Below, one piece after another: positions 7,991 through 18,351 of a DNA stretch of 64,000 nucleotides. The DNA comes from Flavobacteriales bacterium (lineage in GTDB: Bacteria; Bacteroidota; Bacteroidia; Palsa-965): NCBI GenBank assembly GCA_040377305.1, contig JBEIPA010000001.1, positions 108,807 through 172,806 on the forward strand, given 5' to 3'. Made by a program: the position numbers and the translations under genes. The notes beneath the pieces are model-generated. The model was given only the letters and a program-made list of their open reading frames with translations. It was not told where the DNA came from and made no database searches. The first letter of the stretch is position 1. The number at the start of each line of letters is the position of its first letter.

Positions 7991-10918
7991 ATGAAAAACA
8001 TCATATCATCCGCTTTATTTGTTCTGTTCGCATTCACACTGAATGCGCAGTCAACCGTTTCCGGAAAAGTAACTGACGAGAATACCGGCGAGGCACTTGT
8101 CGGCGCAATCGTGGTTGCAGATTCGAGCAATAACGTTTCTGTTACTGACATCGATGGCAACTACAAACTCAAACTGAACGACGGAGCACATGCTTTGCAG
8201 GTTCGATACACTGGTTATACGCATACGGCTGTAACCGTGAATGTGTCCAGCAAAGACATGAACGTTGATTTGCCTGTAAAAAGCAACACACTGAAGGAGG
8301 TTCAGATTGTTGCAGACATCGTTATCGACCGTAAAACGCCTGTAGCGGTGAGCAATATCGGGGAACAGAAAATCCGCGAAGAAGCAGCAGGTCGTGACGT
8401 AACCATGTTGCTTAACTCAACTCCTGGTGCGTATGCAACAGAGCAAGGTGGTGGCGCAGGTGATTCCCGTGTTAATGTTCGTGGAGCTGATCAACGTAAC
8501 GTGGGCGTTATGGTTGATGGTGTGCCAATGAACGACATGGAGAACGGACAAGTATATTGGAGCAACTGGTCGGGTTTGATGGACGTAACCCGCACAATGC
8601 AGGTGCAACGTGGACTTGGTGCATCAAAGCTTGCCATTCCATCTGTGGGTGGTACAATCAACATTCTCACTCGAGGAATAGATCAAAAGAGAAGTTTCGT
8701 TTTCAAATCTGAAATCGGAAACAACAGCCTGCAGAAATATTACGTAGGATTCAATTCCGGCGAATTCGGAAATGGCTGGGGAATTACATTCGCGGGTTCC
8801 CGCCGTACTGCACAAGGCTGGGTTGATCAAACCTGGGATGATCAGTGGGCATATTTCGCGAAAGTTGAAAAGAGAATGGGCAATCACCTCTTCTCTGTTG
8901 GAATGAATGGAGCGCCGCAGTCTCATGGTCAGCGTTTCGATAGAATGCCGGTTGCAGTAATTGATCGCAAATACGCGGAGAGTATTGGTGCCAACGTAGA
9001 TTCTGTTTACGCCCTGAATGGTTACACGACATTATATCAAGGTGATCGTGGCCGGCAGTTCAATCCAAACTGGGGTTACATCGATTATACAGATGGTCAA
9101 ACGGGTAGATTGAATCAGAGTTCCAACTTCTATAATAAACCACTTGCAAATCTTTCCTGGTTCTGGAACCCCAATGAAAAATTCTCTCTTTCAACAGTAT
9201 TGTATTTCTCGCGCGGATATGGCGGAGGAACCAATTTCAATTCCGCGCCGAACCGCGACACAGCAACCGGTCAGTTGAATCTGAATCAGGTGTACTCGCT
9301 GAATACAACAACCTTCGATGCGCTGTATAGCACAACGGAACACAAATCAACGCGCGCACTTCTCGCCTCGATGAACAATCATATTTGGTTCGGCGGAATT
9401 ACAACGGCTCGTCTAAGCGTGAGTGAGAATCTGTCGATGACATTTGGTCTTGATGCCCGCCATTACAAAGGATCGCACTACCGTATGGTTTACGATTTAG
9501 TCGGCGGAGATTATTTCATTGATAATGCAAATAAGAATCAGCCGAACGGAATAGGGAATCTTCAGTACTCGATGAAGCAACGTGGAGATACAATTGGATA
9601 CTTCAACGATTCCTATGTCGATTGGCAAGGCCTGTTTTATCAAGCCGAATATTCCGAAGGACCGTGGAGCACCTTCCTTACTCTGACAGGTTCGTTGTCA
9701 ACTTATCAGCGTGTTGACCATTTCAAAAAACGCGACATCACTTTGGAAGATGGATCGGTTGTGCCAATGGTTGTTGGATACAATGAAGTGTATTACACCA
9801 ATGGAACAGAATCGGCACTTGCAATGAATAATGCAGTTCTCACTTCTTACGGGGACACACTCGTAATTGATAATCCTTCCGGACCGAACGATACGATTGT
9901 TGGGGCAACCGCGTACGCCTGGAATTCTGACGCGGCATCAACAGCAAGAACAGTGAAGAAAACAATTCCGGGCTTCACGATCAAGACGGGTGCGAATTAC
10001 AACCTCACGGAACATTACAACGTATTTGTGAATGTTGGCTTCATGAGCCTTGCACCACGATTCAATCAGGTGTTTGACAACAACAACCGCGTTTATCCTG
10101 GTGAGGATGATACGTTAATGTCGATCGGTGATGTACATATTCGTTCTATGCCCAGCCGTCAGCAGAAAATTTACTCTGCAGAAATCGGTTTTGGTGCGCG
10201 CTATTCTTCATTTGCTGCGAACCTGAATTTGTACTATACCAATTGGATGAACAAAGCTCCATACAGCACACCTACCACAAGTATTGCAGGTGATCCGTAC
10301 ACATATGATCTTACCGGATTGAACACCATTCTGATGGGCGTTGAGTTTGACGCAACCTGGAAACCACTCAAGCAATTGCAGATTGAAGGTTTGTTTTCAA
10401 TCGGGAACTGGAAATACAATTCGGCAGGACGTGTGTATTTGTACGATGCAAACTACGTACTTGACGATTCTATCGATTATAGTGCGAAGGGCGTTCACCT
10501 TGGCGATGCTGCTCAAACACAGTTTGGTGGATCTGTTCGCTACGAGCCAATTGAAGGTCTTTACTTTCGTGCGCGATACACCTACTTCGCGAATTACTAT
10601 GCAAGCTTTGATCCGATCATCCTGATTCCATTGTACAACTCGCAAGGAAATCTCGTTGGCGATAATCGCGACCACGATTCATGGAAGCTGCCTTCATATG
10701 GCTTGATTGATCTTTTCGCAGGGTATGAATACAGAGACTTTGTTGTAGGAGAAAAAGACAAACAGATCAAAGTCGCATTCAACTTCGGAATTACAAATCT
10801 TCTTGACACCAAATACATTTCTGATGCTCAGAACGGTGGTCAATTCGACGTAAACAGCTCACTTGTTTACATGGGATTAGGCCGCAGATGGGTTGCAGGT
10901 CTCAGATTCAGTTTCTAA
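7991..10918 (+). CDS. TonB-dependent outer-membrane receptor with N-terminal carboxypeptidase-regulatory-like domain
   Basis: 975 aa. Signal peptide, then STVSGKVTDENTGEALVGAIVV (CarbopepD_reg-like), then a plug region (NVRGADQRNVGVMVDGVPMND). The long beta-barrel ends in the aromatic ...RFSF. Confidence 0.85.
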   Translation: MKNIISSALFVLFAFTLNAQSTVSGKVTDENTGEALVGAIVVADSSNNVSVTDIDGNYKLKLNDGAHALQVRYTGYTHTAVTVNVSSKDMNVDLPVKSNTLKEVQIVADIVIDRKTPVAVSNIGEQKIREEAAGRDVTMLLNSTPGAYATEQGGGAGDSRVNVRGADQRNVGVMVDGVPMNDMENGQVYWSNWSGLMDVTRTMQVQRGLGASKLAIPSVGGTINILTRGIDQKRSFVFKSEIGNNSLQKYYVGFNSGEFGNGWGITFAGSRRTAQGWVDQTWDDQWAYFAKVEKRMGNHLFSVGMNGAPQSHGQRFDRMPVAVIDRKYAESIGANVDSVYALNGYTTLYQGDRGRQFNPNWGYIDYTDGQTGRLNQSSNFYNKPLANLSWFWNPNEKFSLSTVLYFSRGYGGGTNFNSAPNRDTATGQLNLNQVYSLNTTTFDALYSTTEHKSTRALLASMNNHIWFGGITTARLSVSENLSMTFGLDARHYKGSHYRMVYDLVGGDYFIDNANKNQPNGIGNLQYSMKQRGDTIGYFNDSYVDWQGLFYQAEYSEGPWSTFLTLTGSLSTYQRVDHFKKRDITLEDGSVVPMVVGYNEVYYTNGTESALAMNNAVLTSYGDTLVIDNPSGPNDTIVGATAYAWNSDAASTARTVKKTIPGFTIKTGANYNLTEHYNVFVNVGFMSLAPRFNQVFDNNNRVYPGEDDTLMSIGDVHIRSMPSRQQKIYSAEIGFGARYSSFAANLNLYYTNWMNKAPYSTPTTSIAGDPYTYDLTGLNTILMGVEFDATWKPLKQLQIEGLFSIGNWKYNSAGRVYLYDANYVLDDSIDYSAKGVHLGDAAQTQFGGSVRYEPIEGLYFRARYTYFANYYASFDPIILIPLYNSQGNLVGDNRDHDSWKLPSYGLIDLFAGYEYRDFVVGEKDKQIKVAFNFGITNLLDTKYISDAQNGGQFDVNSSLVYMGLGRRWVAGLRFSF

Positions 10919-10976
10919 CTTAAACGTCTAATGAAACCGCTTGCGGTTCACGAATACAAAATCGAATACTAAAAAA

Positions 10977-13169
10977 ATGAGTAAAAAATTCATCACAGCA
11001 ATTTGCATGGCATTCACAGTTGCGGTTGCAGCTCAAACTACATTGCCAACATCGTGGAGTTTTGCCACCTCCGTTTATCCCAATGGTTGGACTGCAGTAG
11101 GAACAGGATTCTACACCGGGTCGGGTAATACGCCGCCAGCTTGTCGTTTCGACAACACGGCTGACTATCTTGAAATCTGGTTTGCATCTTCAGCAGGACC
11201 GGTAACGTATTACATCAGCGGGAACAGTTTCTCCGGCGGAACATTTGAAGTACAGGAATCGCCGAACGGAACTGCCTGGACTACGATGCGCACGTTCACT
11301 ACGAATATGCCCTCGGCCTACACACAGTTTACGGATAATCCACTTGCCACCACACGTTACGTGCGTTTCTTCTATACCGTAAAACAATCTGGCAACGTAG
11401 GAGTAGACGATGTTACGATTGCAGCGGCAGCGGCAACGCCGGCTCAGGAAATTGATGTGTTTTACAACACCACTGCACTCATCAGCGGAGGCACAATCTG
11501 GATGGGTTCCCCGGTTAGCACAACTACTCCATTCGTAGTTGATGTAGAGAATAACGGAACAGTGAACACATTAAATATTGCTTCAGCAGTTCTGTCTGGA
11601 ACTAACGCTGCTGATTTCAATGTCACTGCTTTCCCTTCGACCATCGCCGCAAACGGAAACGGACAAATCACTATTGACTTCACTCCATCATCAACGGGAA
11701 CTCGTGTTGCAACTTTAACGATCAACAGTGATGATGCTGATGAGCCTGCATTTGTTGTAAACCTCAATGGTGCGGGTGGAAACTTCGCAACAGAGCCAGC
11801 TTCACCGGCAACTAATATGACTTTCACGAACATCAAGTCGTATCGCTTTCAGATGAATTTTACTGCAGCCTCTGGTTCACCGGATGGATACGTTGTTCTT
11901 CGTCGGGATGATGCCGCAGTAACTGACATTCCTGTTGATGGACAATCATACTTGACTGGAGATATGGTCGGCAACAGTAAAGTTGCTTATGTAGGAACTG
12001 CAACTTCAATATGGGCAAATTACGTTGGCGCATCACAGGATTATTTCTTCGCTGTATTTCCTTACAATGGTCCCGGTGCATTCAGAAATTACCTCACAGC
12101 AAACGCTCTTAGTGGTAACGTAATGTCAGCTGGTTCAATGTTGCCTGGTGGTTACTACAGCAGCGTCAACACATCAGCATCAACTTTCGTAGCTGATCTA
12201 ACTGCAGTTACAAATCCACACACAGATAAATTCTACAGCAACTACGGCCCGTACATGATTTCATTGTTTTGGGCACGAGACACCACAGCAGGTCAGCGAG
12301 CAGTAACCTGCGTATACTCTGGTGAAAATCAAATCTACAGTGAGCCTTGGGCTTGGACTATTTTCAGCCGGGAACACACATTCTGTCACAGCTGGATGCC
12401 AACCTACCCTTCATCAACCGGTCCAGAATACAGCGACTACTTCAACCTGTACCCTGCCAACCAGAACGATGCAAACGCTGTCCGTAGTAACTATCCTTTG
12501 GGAGAAGTTGTAACGACAACATACACCTATCTCGGTTGCAAATACGGACAAGACGCAAATGGTCGCACCGTTTTCGAACCACGTGATGAACAGAAAGGTG
12601 ATGCTGCGAGATCCATGTTCTATATGGCTACCTGTTACAACACACAATCCACTAACTGGGGATTACCGAATCCGATTTCAACGAGTATCATGTACGGTCA
12701 GGATCAAAATCTTCTGAAAGCATGGCATTTTCAGGATTTACCGGACGCACGCGAAATTGCAAAGAACGATTTCCTCGATTCATTGCAAGGCAACAGAAAT
12801 CCGTTCATCGATAGCGTGAACTATGCATGTTATATCGACTTCAACGATATGTCGAAAATCAATGGTCCAATGGTTCCCTGTGCGAACTCTTCAATCGGAA
12901 TTCTTGAAAGCGGATCTTCAGCAGTTGCGATGAACCTCGCACCAAATCCAGGCAACGGTCTGTGTTCACTTACATATAAGACTGATCGCAACGAGCAGAT
13001 TCAGATCAACGTGACTGATGTGCTCGGGAAAGTGGTTTACACCCAAACGACACAAGTGACATTGGGATTGAATGCTGTAATGTTGGATTTAGCGTTCTTG
13101 CCTGCGGGGTCGTATTTGGTGCAGGTTAAGGGTGCGTCTGTTTTAACGGACAAACTGATAATTAAGTAA
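10977..13169 (+). CDS. extracellular endonuclease I family (EndA/Vvn-like) protein with T9SS C-terminal sorting domain
   Basis: The ATG at 10977 (MSKKFITAICMAFTVAVAAQ) is preferred over the TTG at 10941. Endonuclease I motifs: REHTFCHSW (EHVxP-like), FNLYPANQNDANAVRSN, GDAARSMFYMA and NRNPFID. The C-terminal Por tail is LAPNPGNG...GSYLVQV. Confidence 0.75.
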   Translation: MSKKFITAICMAFTVAVAAQTTLPTSWSFATSVYPNGWTAVGTGFYTGSGNTPPACRFDNTADYLEIWFASSAGPVTYYISGNSFSGGTFEVQESPNGTAWTTMRTFTTNMPSAYTQFTDNPLATTRYVRFFYTVKQSGNVGVDDVTIAAAAATPAQEIDVFYNTTALISGGTIWMGSPVSTTTPFVVDVENNGTVNTLNIASAVLSGTNAADFNVTAFPSTIAANGNGQITIDFTPSSTGTRVATLTINSDDADEPAFVVNLNGAGGNFATEPASPATNMTFTNIKSYRFQMNFTAASGSPDGYVVLRRDDAAVTDIPVDGQSYLTGDMVGNSKVAYVGTATSIWANYVGASQDYFFAVFPYNGPGAFRNYLTANALSGNVMSAGSMLPGGYYSSVNTSASTFVADLTAVTNPHTDKFYSNYGPYMISLFWARDTTAGQRAVTCVYSGENQIYSEPWAWTIFSREHTFCHSWMPTYPSSTGPEYSDYFNLYPANQNDANAVRSNYPLGEVVTTTYTYLGCKYGQDANGRTVFEPRDEQKGDAARSMFYMATCYNTQSTNWGLPNPISTSIMYGQDQNLLKAWHFQDLPDAREIAKNDFLDSLQGNRNPFIDSVNYACYIDFNDMSKINGPMVPCANSSIGILESGSSAVAMNLAPNPGNGLCSLTYKTDRNEQIQINVTDVLGKVVYTQTTQVTLGLNAVMLDLAFLPAGSYLVQVKGASVLTDKLIIK

Positions 13170-13182
13170 TTACGAGGTCATA

Positions 13183-13232
13183 AAGGGACCCTTTGGGGGC
13201 GATTAGCCTTCAGAGGGTCTTTTCTTTTTTGG
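13183..13232 (+). terminator. putative terminator hairpin
   Basis: GACCCT-n22-AGGGTC followed by TTTTCTTTTTT just after the stop at 13169. The stem is weak and the loop is long. Confidence 0.35.
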
Positions 13233-13634
13233 TCCGTTATGTTGTCAAAACGAACCTAAACAGAATCCGAAACGTGTAGATAATTTGCTCTACCTTGCTT
13301 CGGTAAATACTCTGATAATCAATATATTGAGTCATCCGATTTGGACCCTTTGGGGGTACATTCTGAATGCGATGGCCCACTTTTCACCGCCCCATTCCAT
13401 TCTTTTACCCCGTTCAAATTCCCCACTTCTGTTAAACTTTCCTTCTCATCCTTTGTCCATAACTAAAACCATTTCCGCTACAGCCCGTATGAATACAGGG
13501 TTTCAGCAATTAACACTTCTGTAACCAATTGTTATCAAGACGAATATGTGAACTCTTAAAATTTGCATTTCTAAAATAAGTAGTTATTTTAGCGCGACAT
13601 TAAATAAAAATGGACAGTAGTAGTTTACGACGAT

Positions 13635-14834
13635 TTGAAGCTGAACAGACATATCCTTCTGACCGCCCTGCTTTTTTTGGGCTTCACCCTTAGTGCATTC
13701 GCATTCACAGGCACTGCATCCGTAATCATTTTCGAGAGCGATACCGCAGATCCAAAACTTACCATCACTTCCGATACAACCGATCTGGTTGCATCTGTTT
13801 CTGTTACAAAGCGCGACTCCGGCGAAACTGATCCTCCGGCTAAAACCACGCCTCCTAGCGACTCTACTGCAGAAGATGATGAAGATGTTTTCGCCAGTGA
13901 ATTCTACGGCGATTTCGACACCACTGCAGTACATTCTGAGAAATTCGACGTGCTCAGCTTCAACGACTCGGTTCTTATCGTTCTGAATGGTGAAGGACTT
14001 GGAGAATATGTTCACCCGGTGCCGGGACCAAAAACTTCTGCATTCGCATTTAGAAAATACCGTTACCATCTTGGTGTCGACGTGAATCTCGAGACTGGCG
14101 ATTCAGTTGTTTCGTGTTTTGCTGGGAAAGTTCGCATTGCTCAATACAGCAAAACTTACGGCAACCTCGTTGTTGTTCGTCATCCGAATGGTATTGAAAC
14201 GTACTATGCACACTTGTCAAAGCTTTATGTGAATCCAGGACAAGAGGTGGCGGCTGGTGAATGTGTCGGACTCGGCGGTAACACAGGACACTCGCATGGA
14301 TCTCACTTGCATTTCGAAACGCGATTCAAAGGACAGCCGTTTGATCCATCAATGATCATTGACTTTGATAACCAGTGTTTGCGTGGCGATACTTACTATT
14401 TGTCGAAATCGAACTTCAAATACATGGCCGAAGTTCACAAGGTGAAGCATTACTCAAAGAAGAAAAAGAAGACGTGGTACACTTACTACAATGCAGGTGG
14501 ACCTGAATACGCAACTGCTGCTGCGAAAGAGAACATGAATAGTGTTCCTGATCCGATTCCTGCAAACGGTATTACCCCGCCTATTCCAACAAACGATCCG
14601 ATTGATCCCAACGCTCCTAAGCCGGAAGTGAAATCTCAAGAAGTGAAGGTTGAACCTAAACCGAAGACCGAGGTTAAACCGAAGTCAACGTCGAGCTACG
14701 TGACCGTGAAGAAGGGCGATACACTTGGTGCTATTGCCGCTCGTAACGGAACAACTGTTGCCAAGCTTTGCAAGCTGAACAACATCAAGTCAACATCTGT
14801 TCTGCAGATCGGACAGAAGATTAAGATCAAGTAA
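13635..14834 (+). CDS. M23 family metallo-endopeptidase with C-terminal LysM domain
   Basis: M23 core HLGVDVN...YGNLVVVRHPNGIETYYAHL...LGGNTGHSHGSHLHFE. The C-terminal LysM is YVTVKKGDTLGAIAARNGTTVAKLCKLNNI. The only in-frame start before the signal peptide is TTG at 13635. Confidence 0.8.
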   Translation: MKLNRHILLTALLFLGFTLSAFAFTGTASVIIFESDTADPKLTITSDTTDLVASVSVTKRDSGETDPPAKTTPPSDSTAEDDEDVFASEFYGDFDTTAVHSEKFDVLSFNDSVLIVLNGEGLGEYVHPVPGPKTSAFAFRKYRYHLGVDVNLETGDSVVSCFAGKVRIAQYSKTYGNLVVVRHPNGIETYYAHLSKLYVNPGQEVAAGECVGLGGNTGHSHGSHLHFETRFKGQPFDPSMIIDFDNQCLRGDTYYLSKSNFKYMAEVHKVKHYSKKKKKTWYTYYNAGGPEYATAAAKENMNSVPDPIPANGITPPIPTNDPIDPNAPKPEVKSQEVKVEPKPKTEVKPKSTSSYVTVKKGDTLGAIAARNGTTVAKLCKLNNIKSTSVLQIGQKIKIK

Positions 14835-14989
14835 TTTCCTCTCGTTTCTTTTAACTGTGCGATTGCAGGTACGCAGTGAGTGATCACGTGCTGGCTATGC
14901 GCATTCGTTTCGTTTGGATAGCAGGTCTATGAAGTACCTCTACGTCATCCTATCATCCTATTATCCCATCATTGCACCATCAACAAGCA

Positions 14990-17101
14990 TTACTCCAGTC
15001 CTGTTTCTTTCCAGATAAACTGACACTTCACGAGGTTATAGTAACCGAACTTATCATCCTTCTCCAGTCGTAATTCATGGGAGGAAATAAATTCAATCTT
15101 ATCGTACACGCACGGCAACAGTTGATTTCCTTTCGCATCAAGCAATCCCCAGCCTGTATCAGTTTTTACCTGCATGTATCCATCAATGCATTCTGATGCC
15201 TCCTCGTATCGCGGTGTAATAAATTCTTTTCCTTTCGCATCGATGTAACCAATGAGTCCGTCTTTACGCACGCGTGCCACGCCGTCTGAGAAGGACCAGG
15301 CATACTCGTATGTGTACGGAACTTTCAATTTCATTTTATCATCAACAAATCCCCACTTCTCTTTCTTTTTCGCCGGAAATAATCCATCGCGGAAAGCACC
15401 AAGATCCTCATACTCACGAGGAACAATAATTTTTCCCGTAGTGTCGATCATTCCGAATTTGTCTTTCAGCAAAACTTTCGCGCGACCATTAACGAACGGA
15501 CTTTCTCCCAACATCGTTCGGTTGTAGTCGTACTTCAATTCCACTGCGATCTTTCCGTTGCGACGAACGTAACCGCACATATTTCCTTGCACCACAAGTG
15601 CCATCCCTTCGCTGAACGGGCCGATGTAATTGTACTCGCATGGAATGAGAACTTGACCGGTGTATGAAATCAATCCGTACATACCATCTTTCTCTACACG
15701 CGCCGATCCCTGATCAAACGGTTCCGCCCATTCATACTGTGGCGCAATTACGAGTCTTCCTTCCCGATCAACATATCCGTACATGGATGAGTCTTTCACA
15801 TAAGCAAGTCCTTCCGAAAAATCACCGACCGCCTCATACTTACAGGACACGACCTCATTGCCCATCATATCAATAAATCCTTGCTTGTCGCCCCGAACAA
15901 CGCGCGCACGGGTTTGCCTGAATTCTCCGATTCCATCGTACACAGGCTTCACTACAAAGTTTCCGGCTTTGTCTGTGATTCCCGTTTTACCATTGGAAAC
16001 AACTTGTGCTAATCCGCGATGAAACTTTTCGCCTTCATCAAACTGAAAACCGATTGCAACACTTCCGTTCTTGTTGATGTATCCGCATTTGTCATCCATT
16101 CCGGCTGCAGCAACTCCTTCTGAAAATTGATCCACCCATTCATACTTGCATTCGATCAGAATTTTTCCGGTGCTATCTGCGAACCCCCATTTTCCGTTTT
16201 CTCGAACACGATAAAACTTAGTCATCGACAGTCTTAGATCTTCGCTGATCGTTTCGCGGAAGGGAAACTCAGGATACGTAATCCAGAATTGCGCAATAGT
16301 AGTCGAACTTCCATCGGCCGTGTAGAGTGCGTACAAACTTTTCCATGCATCCGGAACATTTCTGTTTTGTGGATACGTATTTATAAATGTGTGATACTCT
16401 TCCACAGAATAATTAGGCACCGACATTTTATACACCGCATCCTCTGCTGTTCCGTGATAAGGACTGTCCGGAAAATCTGCAATGAAGCTAACGTATGACT
16501 GGAGTGATGAGTCTGCAGTTTTTGTCTCAAACAAACGACGATCGTAAGCAACTTGTGCTGCGGGAATCTGTTCTGCTTCCGGATACAATGAAATGAATTC
16601 ACTGAATGCCTCGTACGAATTTGCTTTCTCTGCTGCTGCAAATGCCAATGTATTCCTGTTTTTCACCGCGAGTGAAATCATCGGTGAACCGCAGAATTCA
16701 TCAATATAAGTGTTGTATGCCGCAACGGTATTCTTTTGTTCCGCTTCGAAGTAGCCGAGTGTATCAATTCGTTTTTCCAGGCGTACAATTACCGAATCAT
16801 TCACACCCAATTTCTGCAATCGGATTTTCTCCTTTGCACTCGAAGTTGCATACGACCATCGCGAAGAAAGAACCTGTTGGTGTGCACGTGTCACATTGTA
16901 AAATGGATTCTTGTCATTCGCATAAATCGTCGCGAGTCCGAAATGCGCTCCGGCGGGATGTCGTTTTTCCGCTTTGATAAAAAGTTCCTGCGCTTTGAAG
17001 TAATCGTAAATGCGCAAAGCCCCAAATCCTTTCTCCAGTCGCTGTGCCGACAGGATAAAAGGAGACAAGAACAAGACAAGTATGAGCGCGCGCTTCAACA
17101 T
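14990..17101 (-). CDS. WG-repeat (KWG) containing protein
   Basis: 703 aa with about twelve repeats of the form GKWGFxDxxGKxVIxPxYE. Signal peptide present. Confidence 0.8.
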   Translation of the reverse strand: MLKRALILVLFLSPFILSAQRLEKGFGALRIYDYFKAQELFIKAEKRHPAGAHFGLATIYANDKNPFYNVTRAHQQVLSSRWSYATSSAKEKIRLQKLGVNDSVIVRLEKRIDTLGYFEAEQKNTVAAYNTYIDEFCGSPMISLAVKNRNTLAFAAAEKANSYEAFSEFISLYPEAEQIPAAQVAYDRRLFETKTADSSLQSYVSFIADFPDSPYHGTAEDAVYKMSVPNYSVEEYHTFINTYPQNRNVPDAWKSLYALYTADGSSTTIAQFWITYPEFPFRETISEDLRLSMTKFYRVRENGKWGFADSTGKILIECKYEWVDQFSEGVAAAGMDDKCGYINKNGSVAIGFQFDEGEKFHRGLAQVVSNGKTGITDKAGNFVVKPVYDGIGEFRQTRARVVRGDKQGFIDMMGNEVVSCKYEAVGDFSEGLAYVKDSSMYGYVDREGRLVIAPQYEWAEPFDQGSARVEKDGMYGLISYTGQVLIPCEYNYIGPFSEGMALVVQGNMCGYVRRNGKIAVELKYDYNRTMLGESPFVNGRAKVLLKDKFGMIDTTGKIIVPREYEDLGAFRDGLFPAKKKEKWGFVDDKMKLKVPYTYEYAWSFSDGVARVRKDGLIGYIDAKGKEFITPRYEEASECIDGYMQVKTDTGWGLLDAKGNQLLPCVYDKIEFISSHELRLEKDDKFGYYNLVKCQFIWKETGLE

Positions 17102-17156
17102 TTAATGTGGCTTAAAAATACGGATTCACTTGCCGTGACTTACCTTTGAAGCCGAT

Positions 17157-17351
17157 ATGAAATTCACAGGTGGACAAATCGCATTCTTGGTATTCTTCGT
17201 CGTCGTGTTTGTCGCCGCCCAGATTTACTCCTACCGAAAGGACAAGTCATCCAACAATAAGCACTATTCCGGGTCCTGGAAAGTCCTGATTGCCCTTGCC
17301 GCGTTCCTCGCAGCCCTCTATTTCATCATTAGTTACGTGCAAAAGCACTGA
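17157..17351 (+). CDS. hypothetical small two-TM membrane protein
   Basis: 64 aa with two hydrophobic helices and an ATG start. Confidence 0.35.
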   Translation: MKFTGGQIAFLVFFVVVFVAAQIYSYRKDKSSNNKHYSGSWKVLIALAAFLAALYFIISYVQKH

Positions 17352-17504
17352 TAATCAGGGCGCTGACTTTTCGTCGACTAATTCCTACTTTTTACCGACG
17401 AAACCATTTTTTAACCTGTTATTTCTTGACATAGGCATGGAATTAGAGTAAATTCGCAGTAGATAACACACACAGTTTCTACCCCTTTATAGAAACGTAT
17501 TAAG

Positions 17505-18296
17505 ATGAAGAAATTACTTTTTTTATTGTCATTCATTGTTCCGGTCCTGGCCATCGCAGAAAATGGTACGTTGGTACTGGAGGGCAAATACCAAAACAAG
17601 AATGTGTACGTGCAGAATTCTTTCGCTGACAACGGCGTTGGTTACTGCGCTTACGAAGTTCGTGTAAATGGGGCGCCCAGCACTGATGAGGTCAATTCTT
17701 CTGCATTTGAAATCGATCTACGTAATTACGATTTGCAGGAAGGTGACGCAGTGAACATTCAGATTTTTCACAAAGACGGATGCGCACCTAAAGTTCTGAA
17801 TCCGGAAGTTTTAAAACCACGTCCTACATTCAGCACTGTAAAAATTGAGTGTTCAAATGCCGGATTGCTTACATGGACAACCACTGGTGAAACTTCTTCT
17901 ATTGCTTACATTGTTGAGCAATTCCGTTGGAACAAGTGGGTGTACGTTGGAGAAGTTCAGGGAATCGGAACACCTTCTGAGCACACCTATAATTTTCAGA
18001 CTACTTTCCATTCGGGCGAAAATCGATTCCGTGTGAAACAAGTTGGTTTCGCAAAAGAAGTGAAGTACACACCGGAAGTGAAACACACGCCAACGAACAC
18101 ATCATCACTTACGTTCACACAATCAAACGATTCAAAGAAAATTACACTCTCAGGTCCATCCATGTATGAAATGTACGATGCTTACGGCAACGTAGTACTC
18201 AAAGGATTCGGATCAGAGCTCGACATTAGCGGATTTGAAAAGGGAGTTTATTTCCTGTGCTTCGACAACAAGATCGAACAAGTAAACCGCAAGTAA
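17505..18296 (+). CDS. secreted hypothetical protein, probable T9SS C-terminal sorting domain
   Basis: Signal peptide MKKLLFLLSFIVPVLAIA. The C-terminus YEMYDAYGNVVLKGFGSELDISGFEKGVYFLCF resembles a Por tail. Confidence 0.5.
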   Translation: MKKLLFLLSFIVPVLAIAENGTLVLEGKYQNKNVYVQNSFADNGVGYCAYEVRVNGAPSTDEVNSSAFEIDLRNYDLQEGDAVNIQIFHKDGCAPKVLNPEVLKPRPTFSTVKIECSNAGLLTWTTTGETSSIAYIVEQFRWNKWVYVGEVQGIGTPSEHTYNFQTTFHSGENRFRVKQVGFAKEVKYTPEVKHTPTNTSSLTFTQSNDSKKITLSGPSMYEMYDAYGNVVLKGFGSELDISGFEKGVYFLCFDNKIEQVNRK

Positions 18297-18318
18297 TTGC
18301 CCAGGTTTTTTAAGTGTT

Positions 18319-18351
18319 AATCCCGGAGAGTAATCTTCGGGATTTTTTTTA
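18319..18351 (+). terminator. rho-independent terminator
   Basis: ATCCCGG-agagtaatct-TCGGGAT followed by a T8 run. Confidence 0.6.

Noticed and set aside
13584-14069. 161-aa minus-strand ORF overlapping the start of the M23 peptidase gene.
   Set aside because: Antisense to a well-supported gene with signal peptide and M23 motifs. Its translation is low-complexity and lacks motifs.
17424-17460. E. coli-like TTGACA ... TAGAGT promoter upstream of 17505.
   Set aside because: The spacing of about 12 nt is too short. Bacteroidota promoters use a different consensus (TTTG / TAnnTTTG), so this is probably coincidental.
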